A stretch of DNA of 64,000 nt from Desulfobacterales bacterium (GTDB lineage: Bacteria > Desulfobacterota > Desulfobacteria > Desulfobacterales > JAIPEE01): assembly GCA_021737275.1 (NCBI GenBank), contig JAIPEE010000001.1, positions 115,686-179,685 on the forward strand, read 5' to 3'. Within the stretch, counting starts at the first letter, position 1. Every line of letters starts with the position of its first letter. The notes beneath the pieces are model-generated. The model was not told the DNA's origin. It worked only from the letters and a program-made list of their open reading frames with translations, and made no database searches. The position numbers were made by a program, and so were the translations under genes. This document shows positions 1 through 10,445 of the stretch, one piece after another.

Positions 1-2180
1 AATCGCATAGCCTCTTCTGCATTATTTTTCAGTAATGTATCAAATCGCTGAGCAGAAGGCATGTAATAGCGCTGTTCATACTCTCCCAGCATCCTGAGGC
101 TGCAGCACCGCTTCATGGCCATGGCCATGGATGCCTTCATCATCTTGAGCCATGCCTGTGGATATTCACCGTTTTTACGGTCATAAAAACAGGGGATTAC
201 ATCATTTTCCAGAACATTATAAAGCGCCTGGCTTTCAACGGAATCCTGGTATCCGCAATCTTGATATTCCTCACCATTTCCAATCCGCCAGCCGTTTTCA
301 GCATTATATTCTTCATCCCACCAGCCGTCGAGGATACTGACATTAAGCACACCGTTAATGGCCGCCTTCATGCCCGATGTGCCGCATGCTTCGTAAGGCC
401 GCCGTGGTGTATTCAACCATACATCCGCACCCTGGACCAGGTGCTGAGCCAGATTCATGTCATAATCTTCAAGAAACACAATCCTGTGACGAATTGAAAT
501 TTTTCTGGCAAACTGAATAAGGCGCTTAATCAGCTCTTTCCCCTCATTATCTCTGGGATGCGCTTTACCGGCAAAGATAAACTGAACCGGTGTTTTTTCC
601 GATGTCAGTATGGCTTCAAACCGATCAGGGTCCTGTAAAAGTAAATTGGCCCGCTTATAGGTCGCAAAGCGCCTTGCAAATGCGATGGTCAGCACATCCT
701 GATCAAACACAGAACCGGCGGCCTCCATCATCGACCGCGGTGCATTTCTTTTCCCGTATTGTTGTATCATTATCTTCCGGCAATATCGGATCAGACGCAG
801 TCGACTCATCTCATGGGCCCGCCACAACTCTTCTTCATAGATGTCATTTACCCGCCGGCTGTTCGTCGGATCCAGTGAACAGGAATTCCACTGGGGTCCT
901 ATATAGCGTTCAAAAAGCTGGGCATTTTCCTGTGAGATCCAGGTAGGAATATGTACACCATTGGTTATATGCTCAATCGGTGTCTCATCTTCAGCTAAAT
1001 CGGGCCAGACATGTGCCCACATTTTGCGGGCTACTTTCCCATGCAGTTTACTGACACCATTGCGGTGCTCAGCCATCTGGAGCGCCAGAATAAACATGGA
1101 TACCGGCGCATCCGGCCCGGCGCCTGTTCCCTGCCCCCAGGAGAGGATTTCCGCTTCTGTAGTATTGAGTCTTTCAACAAGATCTCTTATTACCGGTTTA
1201 ACCATATCCACCGGAAATTCATCATGCCCGGCGGGAACCGGTGTATGAGTAGTAAAGATGGTTGACCTCGGTACAATTTCCAGAGCTGCCTTTAACGTAA
1301 TATTATTAAGAGACATCGCCTGGGCGACACGTTCAAGCCCTGCAAATGCACTGTGCCCCTCATTCATATGGCAAACCTTTGCTCGTAGGCCCAGTTTTTC
1401 AAGCAACCGCATACCACCGATACCCAGAAGTGCTTCCTGAGATAAACGAACCTTCGGATCTCCGGCATATAACCGCCCTGTAATATCTCTGATTTCCTGA
1501 GAATTTTCCGCAAGATTTGTGTCAAGCAGATAAAGGGGGATACAACCGATTTTAAGTATCCAGATAGATGCCTTCATTTTGCCGATTGGTCCATTTACAT
1601 TTACATGAATGTCTTTACCAAAAGCATCTTTTACCCGGACCATGGGCAGATAAAAAATATCGGTTTCAGGATACTCCTCCTGCTGCCAGCCGCTTTGATC
1701 CATAAACTGGCGAAAGTATCCATGCCGGTATAAAATACCAAGACCCACCAGCGGCAGCTTACGGTTGGACGCCGCCTTCAAATGATCTCCGGCCAGAATA
1801 CCCAGCCCCCCTGCAAACAACGGCAGACTTTGATGGATACCAAACTCCATGGAAAAATAGGCAATGACATCAGATTTTTCAAAAGGTGGTTCCGGGTCAG
1901 CTAAATCACAAACCTCCTGCCTGAAACGTTTTTTCACCCGATTCAGATGTCCCATATAGCCGTCATCCTGGGATAATTCTTCAAATCGTTTCTGGGAAAT
2001 GGTCGTCAGAAATCTGATTGGATTTGGTCCGGAATCCTCCCATTTTTTGGGGCCTATGCGCCTGAATAACTCGTTGGCTTCCTGATCCCACGACCACCAG
2101 AGATTTCTTGAAAGTGTCTCCAGAAAAATAAGATCATCCGGTATGTTCGGAAACACTTGGTATAACTGCATACGATTCAT
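1..2180 (-). CDS. glgP: alpha-glucan (glycogen/maltodextrin) phosphorylase, GT35 family; the 3' end lies beyond the window start
   Basis: Absent from the ORF track because it runs off the window edge. Hand translation of the minus strand from ATG 2180-2178 gives MNRMQLYQVFPNIPDDLIFLETLSRNLWWSWDQEANELFRRIGPKKW. The same frame at bases 3-179 reads ...RKNGEYPQAWLKMMKASMAMAMKRCCSLRMLGEYEQRYYMPSAQRF. Both are typical of bacterial alpha-glucan phosphorylases. No complete minus ORF is listed in between, so the frame stays open. Confidence 0.8.
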   Translation of the reverse strand, partial: MNRMQLYQVFPNIPDDLIFLETLSRNLWWSWDQEANELFRRIGPKKWEDSGPNPIRFLTTISQKRFEELSQDDGYMGHLNRVKKRFRQEVCDLADPEPPFEKSDVIAYFSMEFGIHQSLPLFAGGLGILAGDHLKAASNRKLPLVGLGILYRHGYFRQFMDQSGWQQEEYPETDIFYLPMVRVKDAFGKDIHVNVNGPIGKMKASIWILKIGCIPLYLLDTNLAENSQEIRDITGRLYAGDPKVRLSQEALLGIGGMRLLEKLGLRAKVCHMNEGHSAFAGLERVAQAMSLNNITLKAALEIVPRSTIFTTHTPVPAGHDEFPVDMVKPVIRDLVERLNTTEAEILSWGQGTGAGPDAPVSMFILALQMAEHRNGVSKLHGKVARKMWAHVWPDLAEDETPIEHITNGVHIPTWISQENAQLFERYIGPQWNSCSLDPTNSRRVNDIYEEELWRAHEMSRLRLIRYCRKIMIQQYGKRNAPRSMMEAAGSVFDQDVLTIAFARRFATYKRANLLLQDPDRFEAILTSEKTPVQFIFAGKAHPRDNEGKELIKRLIQFARKISIRHRIVFLEDYDMNLAQHLVQGADVWLNTPRRPYEACGTSGMKAAINGVLNVSILDGWWDEEYNAENGWRIGNGEEYQDCGYQDSVESQALYNVLENDVIPCFYDRKNGEYPQAWLKMMKASMAMAMKRCCSLRMLGEYEQRYYMPSAQRFDTLLKNNAEEAMR

Positions 2181-2192
2181 AGTTTACACCTT

Positions 2193-2501
2193 TTAAGTAA
2201 TAATTACTGAATTTTCGGTATCACTGAACAATGACTTGATATACTTGTCGGCGCACCAGTCGTTTTCCCATGTATGTTCATCAATGAGATAACGGAATTC
2301 GTACTGCCTGTCCGGCTCAAGGTCCATTGTAATTTTAAATTCACCGTTTTTCAGCTTTTTCATGGGGCTGGCCTTTTTATCCCAGTTATTGAACTCTCCG
2401 ACAAGAAAAACCCTTTTGGCAGCCGAAGCGGCCTCTTTAGGCAATCTAAACGTTGCCTTGCAAACAGAATTTGATTTAACATACTGTTTTTTTATGCTCA
2501 T
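2193..2501 (-). CDS. stand-alone CBM48 / AMPK-beta-type glycogen-binding domain protein
   Basis: 102 aa. VFLVGEFNNWDKKASPMKKLKNGEFKITMDLEPDRQYEFRYLIDEHTWENDW fits the CBM48 (isoamylase N-terminal) pattern. It sits between glgP and the debranching-type gene. Confidence 0.7.
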   Translation of the reverse strand: MSIKKQYVKSNSVCKATFRLPKEAASAAKRVFLVGEFNNWDKKASPMKKLKNGEFKITMDLEPDRQYEFRYLIDEHTWENDWCADKYIKSLFSDTENSVIIT

Positions 2502-2532
2502 GGTGTCCTCCTTGAATACTATTTTTAATGAT

Positions 2533-5500
2533 CTATAATTTTAAAATTTTTTCCCATACTCTCACAAATTCGCTACAGCCCCATGCCTGGGCATCACATC
2601 CGCGCGGTGTATGGGGATAATCGCCATCCACTATTTCAGGCATATGCCCGATGCATCCCTTTTCCATCAGACCTGTTCCGCTGCAGAGAAATGACAGAGC
2701 CGTCACTTTTGCATTTTCTCCGTAAGCCAATGCCCAGGCCTCACAAAACACAGGGAAAATCCAGGTCCAGGCCGTACCATTATGATAAGCCGGCTTTCTG
2801 CTTCTGTCCTCATCCCCTTCATACTTTCCCTGATACGGGTTTTCAGGATCATTGAGCAACTCACCGTTTCGAACAACCGGTAGCGGCCGCTTTACCGGAC
2901 GGTCAGCAAGGCTTCGGATGGCTCCCGGCACCAGCAGTTCCTGGCATGCATCAAGAATACGTCTGCAGTAACTTTTTTCTGAAACAGCGCCCAGTGCGAT
3001 TACAAAAAGCTGATTGGGTCGAAGTGCATCATCCGGTTCAGCATTCTCTGCAGATATTCCGGATTCAGCATGCAGGCAATCGGACAGAAAACCATATTCC
3101 TCCTGCCAGAAAAATTTTATAATTGATGCCTGAACATTCTGGGCCATCGCCTGCCACGGATTACTTTTATTTGTTGCGTCAATCCTGGATAACAACGAAA
3201 GTGCACCGAACCACAAGGCCTGTATCTCTATGGGATAGCCTTCTCTTGGGGATCCGGCGGGGTGGTTGGTATCCATCCATGTAAAATGAGACGGGCTGAA
3301 AATCAGGCAGGATTCATGATCCATATGTATACCGTTTGAGGTACCGTTGATCATGGCATTTCCAATAGAGACAAGAATTTCCCTGACAGTTCTGCGGCCG
3401 CATGCTTCTTCAAGAAACGTTTCCTTTTGTTCGGCTGCCAAAACATCATTACATGCTGTAAAAAACCATAACTGGGCATCAGATGTATCCCTGTTGCCGA
3501 TATCATTGCCTCTGATCATATTAGGCAACGTACCGTTCTCCTCAAACTGCCCAAACAGTTTTAATACAGCCTTGGCCTCATCAACCTGCCCGGCAGCAAT
3601 CATTCCTCTTGAAAAAATTATGGCATCCCTTCCCCAATCCAGAAACCACGGATAACCGGCTATAACTGATTTCAACCCGTCCCTATCCACTATGAAATCC
3701 TGCATAGCTATTTTCATAACATGAACAGGTATCTGTTCCGAATCCACCGGATCAACACAAAAACCATGCTTGTTATAATTCTTAAAGTTCAATGCCGTGT
3801 GTTCATTTTCTGAACATATGATCTTCGCTACAAGACTGATCGTTTTATCCCCCTGCAGAAATGCAGAAAAATAACCGGGACTGAAAAGATCCGAATCAGG
3901 ATCAAGTCCTCGTGATGCTTCAAAGGGATGAAAAACCATATACTGCCATTCCGGTGCCGTGCTAAATTCTCCGGAAGATATCTCCATCATCATAATTCTG
4001 TCTTCACTACGCCTAAAGGTAAACCCTTTGTCCAACGCTTTAACTGAACCCGGCCAGATCGACTCCGGCCCCATAAAAGCTTTTGTCGTATCGTGAAAAC
4101 TGCGATCCTCAATATCAGGCCTTATAATCAACTGGATCGCTTCATGATCCGGAAGGCGGCCTTCAAATTCTTCTGACCGCTGCCGGTAAAAATCCAGTTG
4201 AATGCAATTTTCCCCCGTAATCATTTTTGTCATTATGAAAAAGGAGATGTGGCCCCCCTGGCCGGTAGGTATATTATAATGCCAACAGCCGTGGCCATCC
4301 ATATCCCGATAAAAAGTATCAAAACTGCTAAAATCCACCTCATGTGAAAAACCCTGAAATACTAGCCATAATCTGCACCGGGCCAACATTATCCAACGAT
4401 CTTCAGGATATTGTCTGTTCAGATTCCCTGCCAGCAACGCATCATACCGGCTCTGCAGTTTGCCCCACGAAACTGCGGCCCGCATCATCCCTCCCCTGTG
4501 ATTTGATGCCAGGAAGATCATATTATCAACAACATCCTGCCTGTTGTATCTGCTTTTTACCCGGATATCCTTTTCATTGGCCAGATACATCACGGCGCTC
4601 TCTTCGTGAATAATTGAATCCGAATTAAAAACCGTCAATTTAAGCGTATATTCCTTATGATCTGTTTCAGGCTTCAGAGGCATAAAAAGTATAAAATGAT
4701 TATTGTCAGGCTGATAAAAGCTCTCGTCCAAAACTATTGTATGATACCGATTTTTCAACAACCTTGCCCGAAAAGGAAACGGGCACTGAATCATCAGGAA
4801 GTGGTCCGGCGGTACCATAACCTTTCGTCTGATATCACGGGGCCATTGCCACCTTATTACCCTTGATTCCTCACTTGTCGTATTCATTGCCCTGCAAAAT
4901 ACCTCCGGCTCCCTGACAAGTTCGGATATTGCTTTTTCCGTATCAAACTCTCCCAGATCACAAATTCCATTATAAATTTTAAATATTTCCAAAGCCCTGA
5001 CACGCAAGCGCTGCTGGACCAGTCGAATCGGCAGATCTTTTCCGCCCTCGTATCGGGTAATCATACTGAGTTCTTCTTCATCCGTAGTCAGGCAAAATAC
5101 CTGGCCGGCTTCAAGATCCAGAAAGCTTTGTGTATTAATCTGATTTATCTGAACAGCCCTGCCTGTTACAAGATCTGTAAAAATACCGTGCCCGGACGGC
5201 ATCTGACAAGTTTCCCATGAAACACGATTTATCGCGTTATCATCGAGGTTTACCGCTATCAATACTTTCTTGCCCGATGGGTGGTGATGCCGAAGCATGG
5301 CAATACTGTTGTTGTCATTCGTCTGAATCAATCTTAATTCGACTTGATTCTGAAAAGCCGGATGGAATTTTAAAATGGTATTTAACCGACGGATATGTGC
5401 TACCTGATTGTTTTCCGCACCCCAGTTCAGGGATCTTGACTGATGGACGTCGATCTTCTCCGTTGCAAGCCACTCAACACCATTAGCAAAACCGAAGGCC

Positions 5501-6834
5501 CCATTAATGGAAGTTAACGCGCATAATGCCGTCCGCATCCTTGCATAATTTTCTGATTTTACGGCCAGCCTCGGATTATCATGGGTTTCGGCAAAGTGAA
5601 CAAGTACGCCGTCTCCTTCAAATATCCTGAATGCATCCGGCAGATAATTTACTATCTGCTTTTGATCATAATTTTGAAATAGTTCGGAATAAACCCAGTT
5701 AAAACCGGCCTCATCCAGAATTTTTTTTGAAACGGATATTTTTCCACCCAGCCCTTCGAGGAAAAATACAGTGTCTGGAAACTGTCTTCGAACACATGCC
5801 ACAATATATTTCCATGCCGGAATCGGAATCATGTAACCGGCATCACACCGGAATCCATCCACACCCCTGTCACACCATGTCAAAAATACATTGGCCATGT
5901 GAACCCAGAGTCCCTTGTGAGAATAATCAAGACGGGTCAAATCTGCCCAGACAACGCCCCATGCACCAGGCGCCTCAATTTTCCCCTCCTCATTTCTGAC
6001 CAGCCATTCCGGGTGTGAACCATGCAGCGTGGCGGCCCAACCTGAATGGTTAATGGCCACATCTATAAAAAGCTTTGCACCACGGGCATGTATTTTATCG
6101 ACAAGCTCACAAAACTGTTCAACAGGTGTTGCGCTTGAGTCAAACTCAGCAAGTGCCGGATCCACAGATCTGAAACTTAATGCCGCATAGGGGCTTCCAA
6201 ATCGGCCCATTCTACCGTAAGTTGTAGGCGTCGGATGTACAGGGAGCAGATGAATAATTCTGCACCCGAGTTCATATATTATAAAATCCAGTTCGTTAAT
6301 CAAATCCCTGAACTTTCCGGATGGCGGAATCACTGAATATCCATTTTCATCCAACACCTTAACCCAATTCTCTTTTTCAGCATCCAGGATCCCCTGCCCT
6401 GCTTTATTAGGACCAAACTGACGGACAAAGGCATTATAAATCGTGTTTGCACAGCAGGTATCTGCGGGCTCCACATTAATGACGGCATTAGGGCCTTCAG
6501 GCCACACCGGGTCATCTTCACCCTCTTTTAAAAAGAGGCATTTGGCTTCAAAGTGCCCGGTTTCACAAAGCGGCAGGGTGATAGTATAGAGTAGATCCTC
6601 TTTTCTTACCATCGGGATATCAAACCAATCCCCACAAAGTGGCGGTTTTGAAATCGCTAACTCGTTTATGATCTCCTCTCTGATAATAGCGGCCTGACCG
6701 ATATTTGTCCGAAGCCACGCCCGGCCATCCATCTGTTCAGGCAGGGAAAGAGTAAAGGTGATGGTATCACCCATGAACGTCAGAAGATGTTTTCCAGGCT
6801 CCGGATCTTGAATATACTGACTTGAAACAACCAT
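2533..6834 (-). CDS. large fusion protein: N-terminal GH13 alpha-amylase-family catalytic domain plus C-terminal amylo-alpha-1,6-glucosidase (GDE_C-type) domain; glycogen debranching-type enzyme
   Basis: 1433 aa. GH13 conserved regions FIDVAINHSG, GVDGFRCDAGYMIP, FFLEGLGG and FAETHDNPR lie in the first ~470 aa. The C-terminal third (GYPWFLDWGRDAIIFSRG, GTLPNMI, YPIEIQALWF, YHNGTAWTW) looks like the six-hairpin GDE_C glucosidase. The stop codon is TAG. Confidence 0.75.
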   Translation of the reverse strand: MVVSSQYIQDPEPGKHLLTFMGDTITFTLSLPEQMDGRAWLRTNIGQAAIIREEIINELAISKPPLCGDWFDIPMVRKEDLLYTITLPLCETGHFEAKCLFLKEGEDDPVWPEGPNAVINVEPADTCCANTIYNAFVRQFGPNKAGQGILDAEKENWVKVLDENGYSVIPPSGKFRDLINELDFIIYELGCRIIHLLPVHPTPTTYGRMGRFGSPYAALSFRSVDPALAEFDSSATPVEQFCELVDKIHARGAKLFIDVAINHSGWAATLHGSHPEWLVRNEEGKIEAPGAWGVVWADLTRLDYSHKGLWVHMANVFLTWCDRGVDGFRCDAGYMIPIPAWKYIVACVRRQFPDTVFFLEGLGGKISVSKKILDEAGFNWVYSELFQNYDQKQIVNYLPDAFRIFEGDGVLVHFAETHDNPRLAVKSENYARMRTALCALTSINGAFGFANGVEWLATEKIDVHQSRSLNWGAENNQVAHIRRLNTILKFHPAFQNQVELRLIQTNDNNSIAMLRHHHPSGKKVLIAVNLDDNAINRVSWETCQMPSGHGIFTDLVTGRAVQINQINTQSFLDLEAGQVFCLTTDEEELSMITRYEGGKDLPIRLVQQRLRVRALEIFKIYNGICDLGEFDTEKAISELVREPEVFCRAMNTTSEESRVIRWQWPRDIRRKVMVPPDHFLMIQCPFPFRARLLKNRYHTIVLDESFYQPDNNHFILFMPLKPETDHKEYTLKLTVFNSDSIIHEESAVMYLANEKDIRVKSRYNRQDVVDNMIFLASNHRGGMMRAAVSWGKLQSRYDALLAGNLNRQYPEDRWIMLARCRLWLVFQGFSHEVDFSSFDTFYRDMDGHGCWHYNIPTGQGGHISFFIMTKMITGENCIQLDFYRQRSEEFEGRLPDHEAIQLIIRPDIEDRSFHDTTKAFMGPESIWPGSVKALDKGFTFRRSEDRIMMMEISSGEFSTAPEWQYMVFHPFEASRGLDPDSDLFSPGYFSAFLQGDKTISLVAKIICSENEHTALNFKNYNKHGFCVDPVDSEQIPVHVMKIAMQDFIVDRDGLKSVIAGYPWFLDWGRDAIIFSRGMIAAGQVDEAKAVLKLFGQFEENGTLPNMIRGNDIGNRDTSDAQLWFFTACNDVLAAEQKETFLEEACGRRTVREILVSIGNAMINGTSNGIHMDHESCLIFSPSHFTWMDTNHPAGSPREGYPIEIQALWFGALSLLSRIDATNKSNPWQAMAQNVQASIIKFFWQEEYGFLSDCLHAESGISAENAEPDDALRPNQLFVIALGAVSEKSYCRRILDACQELLVPGAIRSLADRPVKRPLPVVRNGELLNDPENPYQGKYEGDEDRSRKPAYHNGTAWTWIFPVFCEAWALAYGENAKVTALSFLCSGTGLMEKGCIGHMPEIVDGDYPHTPRGCDAQAWGCSEFVRVWEKILKL

Positions 6835-6998
6835 AGCACAAAGATACCTCGAAATAGTAAAGGCGTGTGTTGAAAATAATATGTTTTTAATAGTATTGAA
6901 AGGGATTTTCAGTTTGTGCCCAATTGTAATTTTATAAGGCAGATAAGGGTATAAGTCAAAGAAAAATATATGACTTCATCATTTTTCAGTAGCAAAAA

Positions 6999-7988
6999 TC
7001 AGGCACCAAGGGATACAAATGACAGAAAAATTATATATCCGACATAAATACCAAGAAGAATAATTGCCTTGGCCCTGCCGATAGTATGAACTTTTCTCAT
7101 CATGAACCAGGGAAGGAAACTCACAAACAGCATAACCAGGTAGTCGACAAGCATGCCGCTTTCAAAAAATCCGCCGGGAATCTCAACCGGACGGATCAGG
7201 GTTGCCAGCCCAAGAACGCCGAGTATATTAAATACATTACTGCCGACCAGATTACCAATACTGATATCCATCTCTTTTCTGACAGCTGCAATTACGGATG
7301 TAGCAAGTTCGGGAAGCGATGTACCCAGTGCAACAATGGTAAGGCCGATAAATTTTTCGCCAACGCCCATCACCTTCATTATCTTTACAGCAGAATCGAC
7401 CAGCAGGTCAGCCCCGATAACAACTCCGGCAATGCCGGTAACAATCATTGTAATCTGTTTTGATCTCGAACTTATATATTCTTTTTCCGTTTCATCAGCA
7501 ATAATCGGCGGTACATCTGAAGCTGAAACGTCGCCCAGCATCCTTTTTGCGCCAAAATAATTATAACAAATATAGATAATCAGCCCTGTAAAAAGAACCG
7601 CCCCTTCAATCCTGCCAATTTTCGAGTTCCATGAAATAAACATCAGAAACAGTGAGACCCCGAGCATAATCGGGATGTCACGTTTTACAACACCCTTCTG
7701 GCTTGTAATGGGATTGATAAATGCGGCAAGGCCAAGCACCAGGGCTATATTACAAATATTACTGCCGATTACATTACCGACAGCAATCATACTTTTACCT
7801 TTAAATGAAGAGATGACACTGATGACCATTTCAGGTGCGGATGTTCCAAATGCAACAACAGTAAGTCCAATCAAAAGAGGCGCAAGTCCCAAACTTTTGG
7901 CGAGACTTGATGAGCCCTTAACCAGCCACTCTGCACCGTAATAAAGAAGTACAACACCGATCGCAAATAAAACAATATCCAACAGCAT
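6999..7988 (-). CDS. Ca2+/Na+ antiporter, CaCA (YrbG-type) family
   Basis: Two alpha-repeats, GNVIGSNICNIALVLG and GNLVGSNVFNILGVLG, and a multi-TM profile. The ORF track extends to 8135, but the first 49 codons are non-membrane. I prefer the start at MLLDIVLFAIG (7988). Confidence 0.8.
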   Translation of the reverse strand: MLLDIVLFAIGVVLLYYGAEWLVKGSSSLAKSLGLAPLLIGLTVVAFGTSAPEMVISVISSFKGKSMIAVGNVIGSNICNIALVLGLAAFINPITSQKGVVKRDIPIMLGVSLFLMFISWNSKIGRIEGAVLFTGLIIYICYNYFGAKRMLGDVSASDVPPIIADETEKEYISSRSKQITMIVTGIAGVVIGADLLVDSAVKIMKVMGVGEKFIGLTIVALGTSLPELATSVIAAVRKEMDISIGNLVGSNVFNILGVLGLATLIRPVEIPGGFFESGMLVDYLVMLFVSFLPWFMMRKVHTIGRAKAIILLGIYVGYIIFLSFVSLGA

Positions 7989-8150
7989 AAAGAGATCTCC
8001 ACATTTAACACATTGATTTAAATATTTTTTTCTATCTTTAACGGAAAATGAATTCGGGTGCAATGGGAAAACCTCAGGTAAGATATTGAACTTTGAATAT
8101 TCATGCTTATTTTTGTTCTGACTGACAATTGGCAATAGATATGAGGTATT

Positions 8151-8543
8151 ATGATATTATTTATAAAATGGGTCGTACTGACCATAGCCGTTCTGGCAAC
8201 ATCCTATCTTTTTGACGGTATCCAGGTTACCGGTTTCCTTTCTGCTTTATCAGCAGCTGCAATCCTTGGCCTTTTGAATACTTTTTTCAGACCTTTTCTG
8301 CTGATCATAACGCTGCCGATCAATATGCTCAGCATGGGACTATTTACATTTGTCATCAATGCGCTGATGCTCGTAATGGCATCCGGTGTGATTCCCGGTT
8401 TTCATGTCAGTGGTTTCTGGAGTGCTGTTTTCGGATCTCTGATGATCAGTATTGTCAACTGGGCATTAAGTTCCTTTGTCCAGGAAAAAGGTATTATTCA
8501 AAAATTTGATGAATTGCAGCGTAAAAACAGGCGGTTCAGATAA
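8151..8543 (+). CDS. DUF360 / phage holin family 4-like small membrane protein
   Basis: 130 aa with 4 predicted TM helices. LLNTFFRPFLLIITLPINMLSMGLFTFVINALML is characteristic of the YvlD/DUF360 family. Confidence 0.6.
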   Translation: MILFIKWVVLTIAVLATSYLFDGIQVTGFLSALSAAAILGLLNTFFRPFLLIITLPINMLSMGLFTFVINALMLVMASGVIPGFHVSGFWSAVFGSLMISIVNWALSSFVQEKGIIQKFDELQRKNRRFR

Positions 8544-8555
8544 TTTGATTTGGGA

Positions 8556-9041
8556 TTAAGATCTCAGACTTTCATATAATGCAATTCCCACTGCGGTAGA
8601 TAAATTCAGACAACGGATCTCATCAGTAATCGGGATATGGTAGGTCAATTCCGGATACGTAGAGAGGATAGATTTCGGCAGCCCTTTTGTTTCAGAGCCA
8701 AATATCAGAAACTGCCGTTTTTGATGAGGTATTTCCCAAAACGGCGTTGACCCATTTTTGGTAAACAGCGCTATTTCCGATTTATCAGGTTTCATGTTTT
8801 TGAGAAACACTTCAAATTTTTCCCATACATGCAGTTTTATTTTATGCCAGTAATCCAGTCCCGCTCGTTTGACTTCTTTGCTGTCTATTGAAAATCCAAG
8901 CGGTTTAATCAAATGAAGGGTCGCATCCGCCCCGAGACAGGTTCTGCCAATATTACCGGTGTTCCAATGTACCTCAGGTGCAACCAGCACCACATGGCGC
9001 TCCTGATCCGTAAATAATGTCTTTTTATAAGAACCCTTCAT
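8556..9041 (-). CDS. trmL: tRNA (cytidine/uridine-2'-O)-methyltransferase TrmL (SpoU/TrmH class)
   Basis: 161 aa. NTGNIGRTC, LIFGSETKGLP and IRCLNLSTAVGIALYE are SpoU knot motifs. The size matches TrmL. Confidence 0.8.
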   Translation of the reverse strand: MKGSYKKTLFTDQERHVVLVAPEVHWNTGNIGRTCLGADATLHLIKPLGFSIDSKEVKRAGLDYWHKIKLHVWEKFEVFLKNMKPDKSEIALFTKNGSTPFWEIPHQKRQFLIFGSETKGLPKSILSTYPELTYHIPITDEIRCLNLSTAVGIALYESLRS

Positions 9042-9349
9042 GATGTTTTCTTACCGCATTGTGGACAATATTTAAACTTTCCATCCAGACGGCTACCGCA
9101 AAAAACACAACGGCCTTTATCCATTTCTCCACCTGCAGGGTCTACACCAAAGCCCGTAATCTCACGTTCACACCTTTCACACATCAGGTAGGAATCTCCC
9201 TTTTTCACTCTGAAAAGCGGGATAAAAAACAGATTGAAATAGTAATCCGTTCTTTTAAAATATGCCTGCGACAACCCGCAAACAGGACACTGCTGTGACT
9301 GTTTATCTATGACTGTTGTTTTGGGTGAAACGCCGGCAATGATGAACAT
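9038..9349 (-). CDS. zinc-ribbon domain protein
   Basis: 103 aa with CPVCG...CERCE and CVFCG...CPQCG cysteine pairs. There is a 4-nt overlap with trmL. Confidence 0.5.
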   Translation of the reverse strand: MFIIAGVSPKTTVIDKQSQQCPVCGLSQAYFKRTDYYFNLFFIPLFRVKKGDSYLMCERCEREITGFGVDPAGGEMDKGRCVFCGSRLDGKFKYCPQCGKKTS

Positions 9350-9519
9350 GGATTCTCCATAAAATAATTTCTTTAGTATATTATAAGAAAATACATTTCA
9401 GTCAACAACCCGATTTATAATGAACGACATCCGGTCATATTTTCTATTGATCAATGCCCCTTATATAAGTTAAACAATTAATGTTATTATCTTTTTGAAT
9501 CTAACCGGGAGTATCGGAC

Positions 9520-10365
9520 ATGATCATTGATTTTCATACACATATTTTCCCAAAAAAAATTCGCAGCAACCGTGAAAAATTTTTTAATAATGAACCTGAA
9601 TTCAAACTACTGTATGAATCCCCCAAATCAAAAATGGTCGGCGCTGCTGACATGATTCTGAACATGGATGAAACCGGTGTTGATAAGGCCGTTATCTTCG
9701 GGTTCCCGTGGCACAGTTATGATACATTCAGGCTTAACAACGATTTCATCATGGAGTCGGTTGATCGTTATCCTGATCGCTTTATCGGCATGTGTTGTCT
9801 TGACCCTTTCCATGAAAAGGCTGAACAAGAGACTATACGTTGTATTCAGGGTGGCCTTTCGGGTGTTGGCGAACTGGCATTTTATGAGTCGGGCTTCGAT
9901 GGTTACACCTTGAATAAGCTTGCACCCATAATGAAAATCTGCCTTGAAAAGAATCTGCCGATTCTAATTCACACAAATGAACCGGTAGGTCATAAATATC
10001 CGGGAAAAGCACCCATCACTCTGCTGGAGATTGAAAATCTTGCCGTTCGTTTTCCAGACAATAATATTGTCCTGGCACACTGGGGCGGCGGCATTTTTTT
10101 CTTTAACCTGTTGAAAAAAGTGATGAAGGAACATCTTAAAAATATCTATTTTGATACAGCAGCATCACCCTATTTATATGATGCATCCATATATCGTCTG
10201 GCAATGGAAATTGCCGGAGAGGGTAAAATTCTTTTTGGCAGTGATTATCCGTTAATCTGCCCCAAAAGATATTTTAATGAATTTGAAAAATCAGGGTTAA
10301 CTGATGAGCAGATATCCCGAATATCAGGTATAAATGCAGCAAAAATATTAAATATAGGGCTTTAA
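9520..10365 (+). CDS. amidohydrolase-2 family (TIM-barrel metal-dependent hydrolase)
   Basis: N-terminal MIIDFHTHIFP, then HWGGG and GSDYP motifs typical of PF04909-type amidohydrolases. Confidence 0.7.
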   Translation: MIIDFHTHIFPKKIRSNREKFFNNEPEFKLLYESPKSKMVGAADMILNMDETGVDKAVIFGFPWHSYDTFRLNNDFIMESVDRYPDRFIGMCCLDPFHEKAEQETIRCIQGGLSGVGELAFYESGFDGYTLNKLAPIMKICLEKNLPILIHTNEPVGHKYPGKAPITLLEIENLAVRFPDNNIVLAHWGGGIFFFNLLKKVMKEHLKNIYFDTAASPYLYDASIYRLAMEIAGEGKILFGSDYPLICPKRYFNEFEKSGLTDEQISRISGINAAKILNIGL

Positions 10366-10416
10366 CGTATAATTGATCTTTTAATAATCACGATTTTAAA
10401 AAATATCGATTTTTCC

Positions 10417-10445
10417 TTGCACTTGATGCCGTGCTCAATTAAAAT
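10417..10445 (+). promoter_or_regulatory. putative sigma-70 promoter (TTGCAC-17 nt-TAAAAT)
   Basis: -35 ttgcac at 10417-10422, a 17-nt spacer, and -10 taaaat at 10440-10445. It lies upstream of the GYD gene. Confidence 0.35.

Noticed and set aside
7989-8135. The 49-codon N-terminal extension of the CaCA antiporter ORF, and similar extensions at 24144-24233 (flxA), 35474-35509, 60738-60773, 61947-61973 and 62227-62295.
   Set aside because: The extensions precede the recognisable mature or signal-peptide start, lack RBS support, and overlap upstream genes or leader hairpins. Internal ATG or GTG starts with Shine-Dalgarno sequences fit better.
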